A stretch of 17,384 bases of DNA, from contig JBHHUM010000046.1 in assembly GCA_046861645.1 (NCBI GenBank), forward strand, positions 1 to 17,384, in the 5' to 3' direction. Position 1 is the first letter of the stretch, and the number at the start of each line of letters is the position of its first letter. A program made the translations under genes and the position numbers. The notes beneath the pieces are model-generated. The model worked only from the letters and a program-made list of their open reading frames with translations, searched no databases and had not been told where the DNA came from. Shown here one piece after another: positions 16,477 through 17,384 of this stretch. This DNA comes from Fidelibacterota bacterium. GTDB taxonomy: Bacteria > Fidelibacterota > Marinisomatia > Marinisomatales > UBA2128.

Positions 16477-17202
16477 ATGTCCTTTTTCCTCGCTATATAC
16501 CCCTATAAGTATCGAGTCCTTTTATTTCTTGTTGTTTCCTTTACATTTTTTCTAATAGGTTGTGCAGCCCATCCCACTGTTGCTCACAGAACACTAAAGA
16601 AAGGTGAAAGCTACTACGGCTATTCCCTTTCCTTAGAGAATGTTTTTCCCGTCCTCTATTATCGCTATGGAGTCTCCGATCAGAGTGATGTTGGAGTTCG
16701 TCTGGGTTTGCCCATATACGGGAGTGGACTCGACTATTCCAGGGTACTTTTCGAAGAGGGGGGTAAGCGTGACATGATCAATGTGGGTTGGTCACTAACC
16801 CCGAATTCGAGCTTTGATTTTACTTACTACAAATTTTCTCAGAATAAAAAAAGGAAGAGCATAACCACATTTTGGGGCTTGCGGGGGATGGTAATTCCTA
16901 AAGGACTGAATGGTGGTCAGAGTACTAGACTGGGAGTACTGTTGGGTTCATATTCTGGAGATAAGTTCGGATATGAAATAGGTTATTTCCATGATTTTGC
17001 CAGTATGCCCATCACTGAAGTCTTCAGTTCCAGTTTTGACTATGCCGATACCACCCAATGGGGTAAGCGGTTTCTGGATTATCCACCAGTTTCAGAGGGG
17101 GGACTCCCTACCGAGTATTCTCGTCTAACTGGATTATCCGTTCGAGTCAGTTTTAATTTGAGTGCCAGGAAGGAAAAGAAAACATTACCTCCCGAACCGT
17201 AA
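16477..17202 (+). CDS. Hypothetical lipoprotein, beta-strand rich (possible small outer-membrane barrel)
   Basis: A 241-aa ORF starting 5 nt after the CBS gene. A hydrophobic stretch ends in the lipobox-like LIGC (Cys29 at 16561). Amphipathic Gly/aromatic strands include YYRYGV, DVGVRLG, FGYEIGYF and GLSVRVSF. Confidence 0.75.
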   Translation: MSFFLAIYPYKYRVLLFLVVSFTFFLIGCAAHPTVAHRTLKKGESYYGYSLSLENVFPVLYYRYGVSDQSDVGVRLGLPIYGSGLDYSRVLFEEGGKRDMINVGWSLTPNSSFDFTYYKFSQNKKRKSITTFWGLRGMVIPKGLNGGQSTRLGVLLGSYSGDKFGYEIGYFHDFASMPITEVFSSSFDYADTTQWGKRFLDYPPVSEGGLPTEYSRLTGLSVRVSFNLSARKEKKTLPPEP

Positions 17203-17384
17203 GAGAAGGTAGTGTTTCATTACAGCCTACGGTATAGTTAAACTGCCACTATAAAGCGTAGCGTTAAGTAGTCAAGTACAGGGCATTGTTAACCCTGATA
17301 AATATTAATTCGTTAACTCTTTTGCGATCGGATGTATATCAAAAGTTGTGGTGATTTTGTTATCGTATGGAACACAAGACAAGT

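Noticed and set aside
17203..17384. Possible operator or terminator (GTTAAC at 17288 and 17313, AT-rich)
   Set aside because: Only short palindromes expected by chance, no stem plus U-tract, and the downstream context is cut off by the window.

Overview
A + strand cluster of large secreted proteins. The mix of T9SS-like C-terminal sorting domains (CTDs) and dockerins suggests an FCB-superphylum genome such as Marinimicrobia (inference). In order: (1) a 5'-truncated giant (>2,400 aa) surface protein with an Asp-box propeller end, five Ig-like modules each interrupted by a different inserted domain, and a CTD; (2) a 560-bp intergenic region holding an orphan out-of-frame dockerin half and three kinds of short repeat or hairpin; (3) an M4/M36-type gluzincin metalloprotease with propeptide and C-terminal dockerin; (4) an FN3/lamin-tail-like CTD protein; (5) an AT-rich pair, a small CTD protein and an M6-like metzincin with CTD whose start may be ATA; (6) a CBS-pair protein; (7) a predicted lipoprotein. 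No rRNA, tRNA, CRISPR array, transposase or reverse transcriptase was recognised. The main signals are the insertion-cassette architecture of the giant protein and evidence that its C-terminal anchor was swapped from a dockerin to a CTD.
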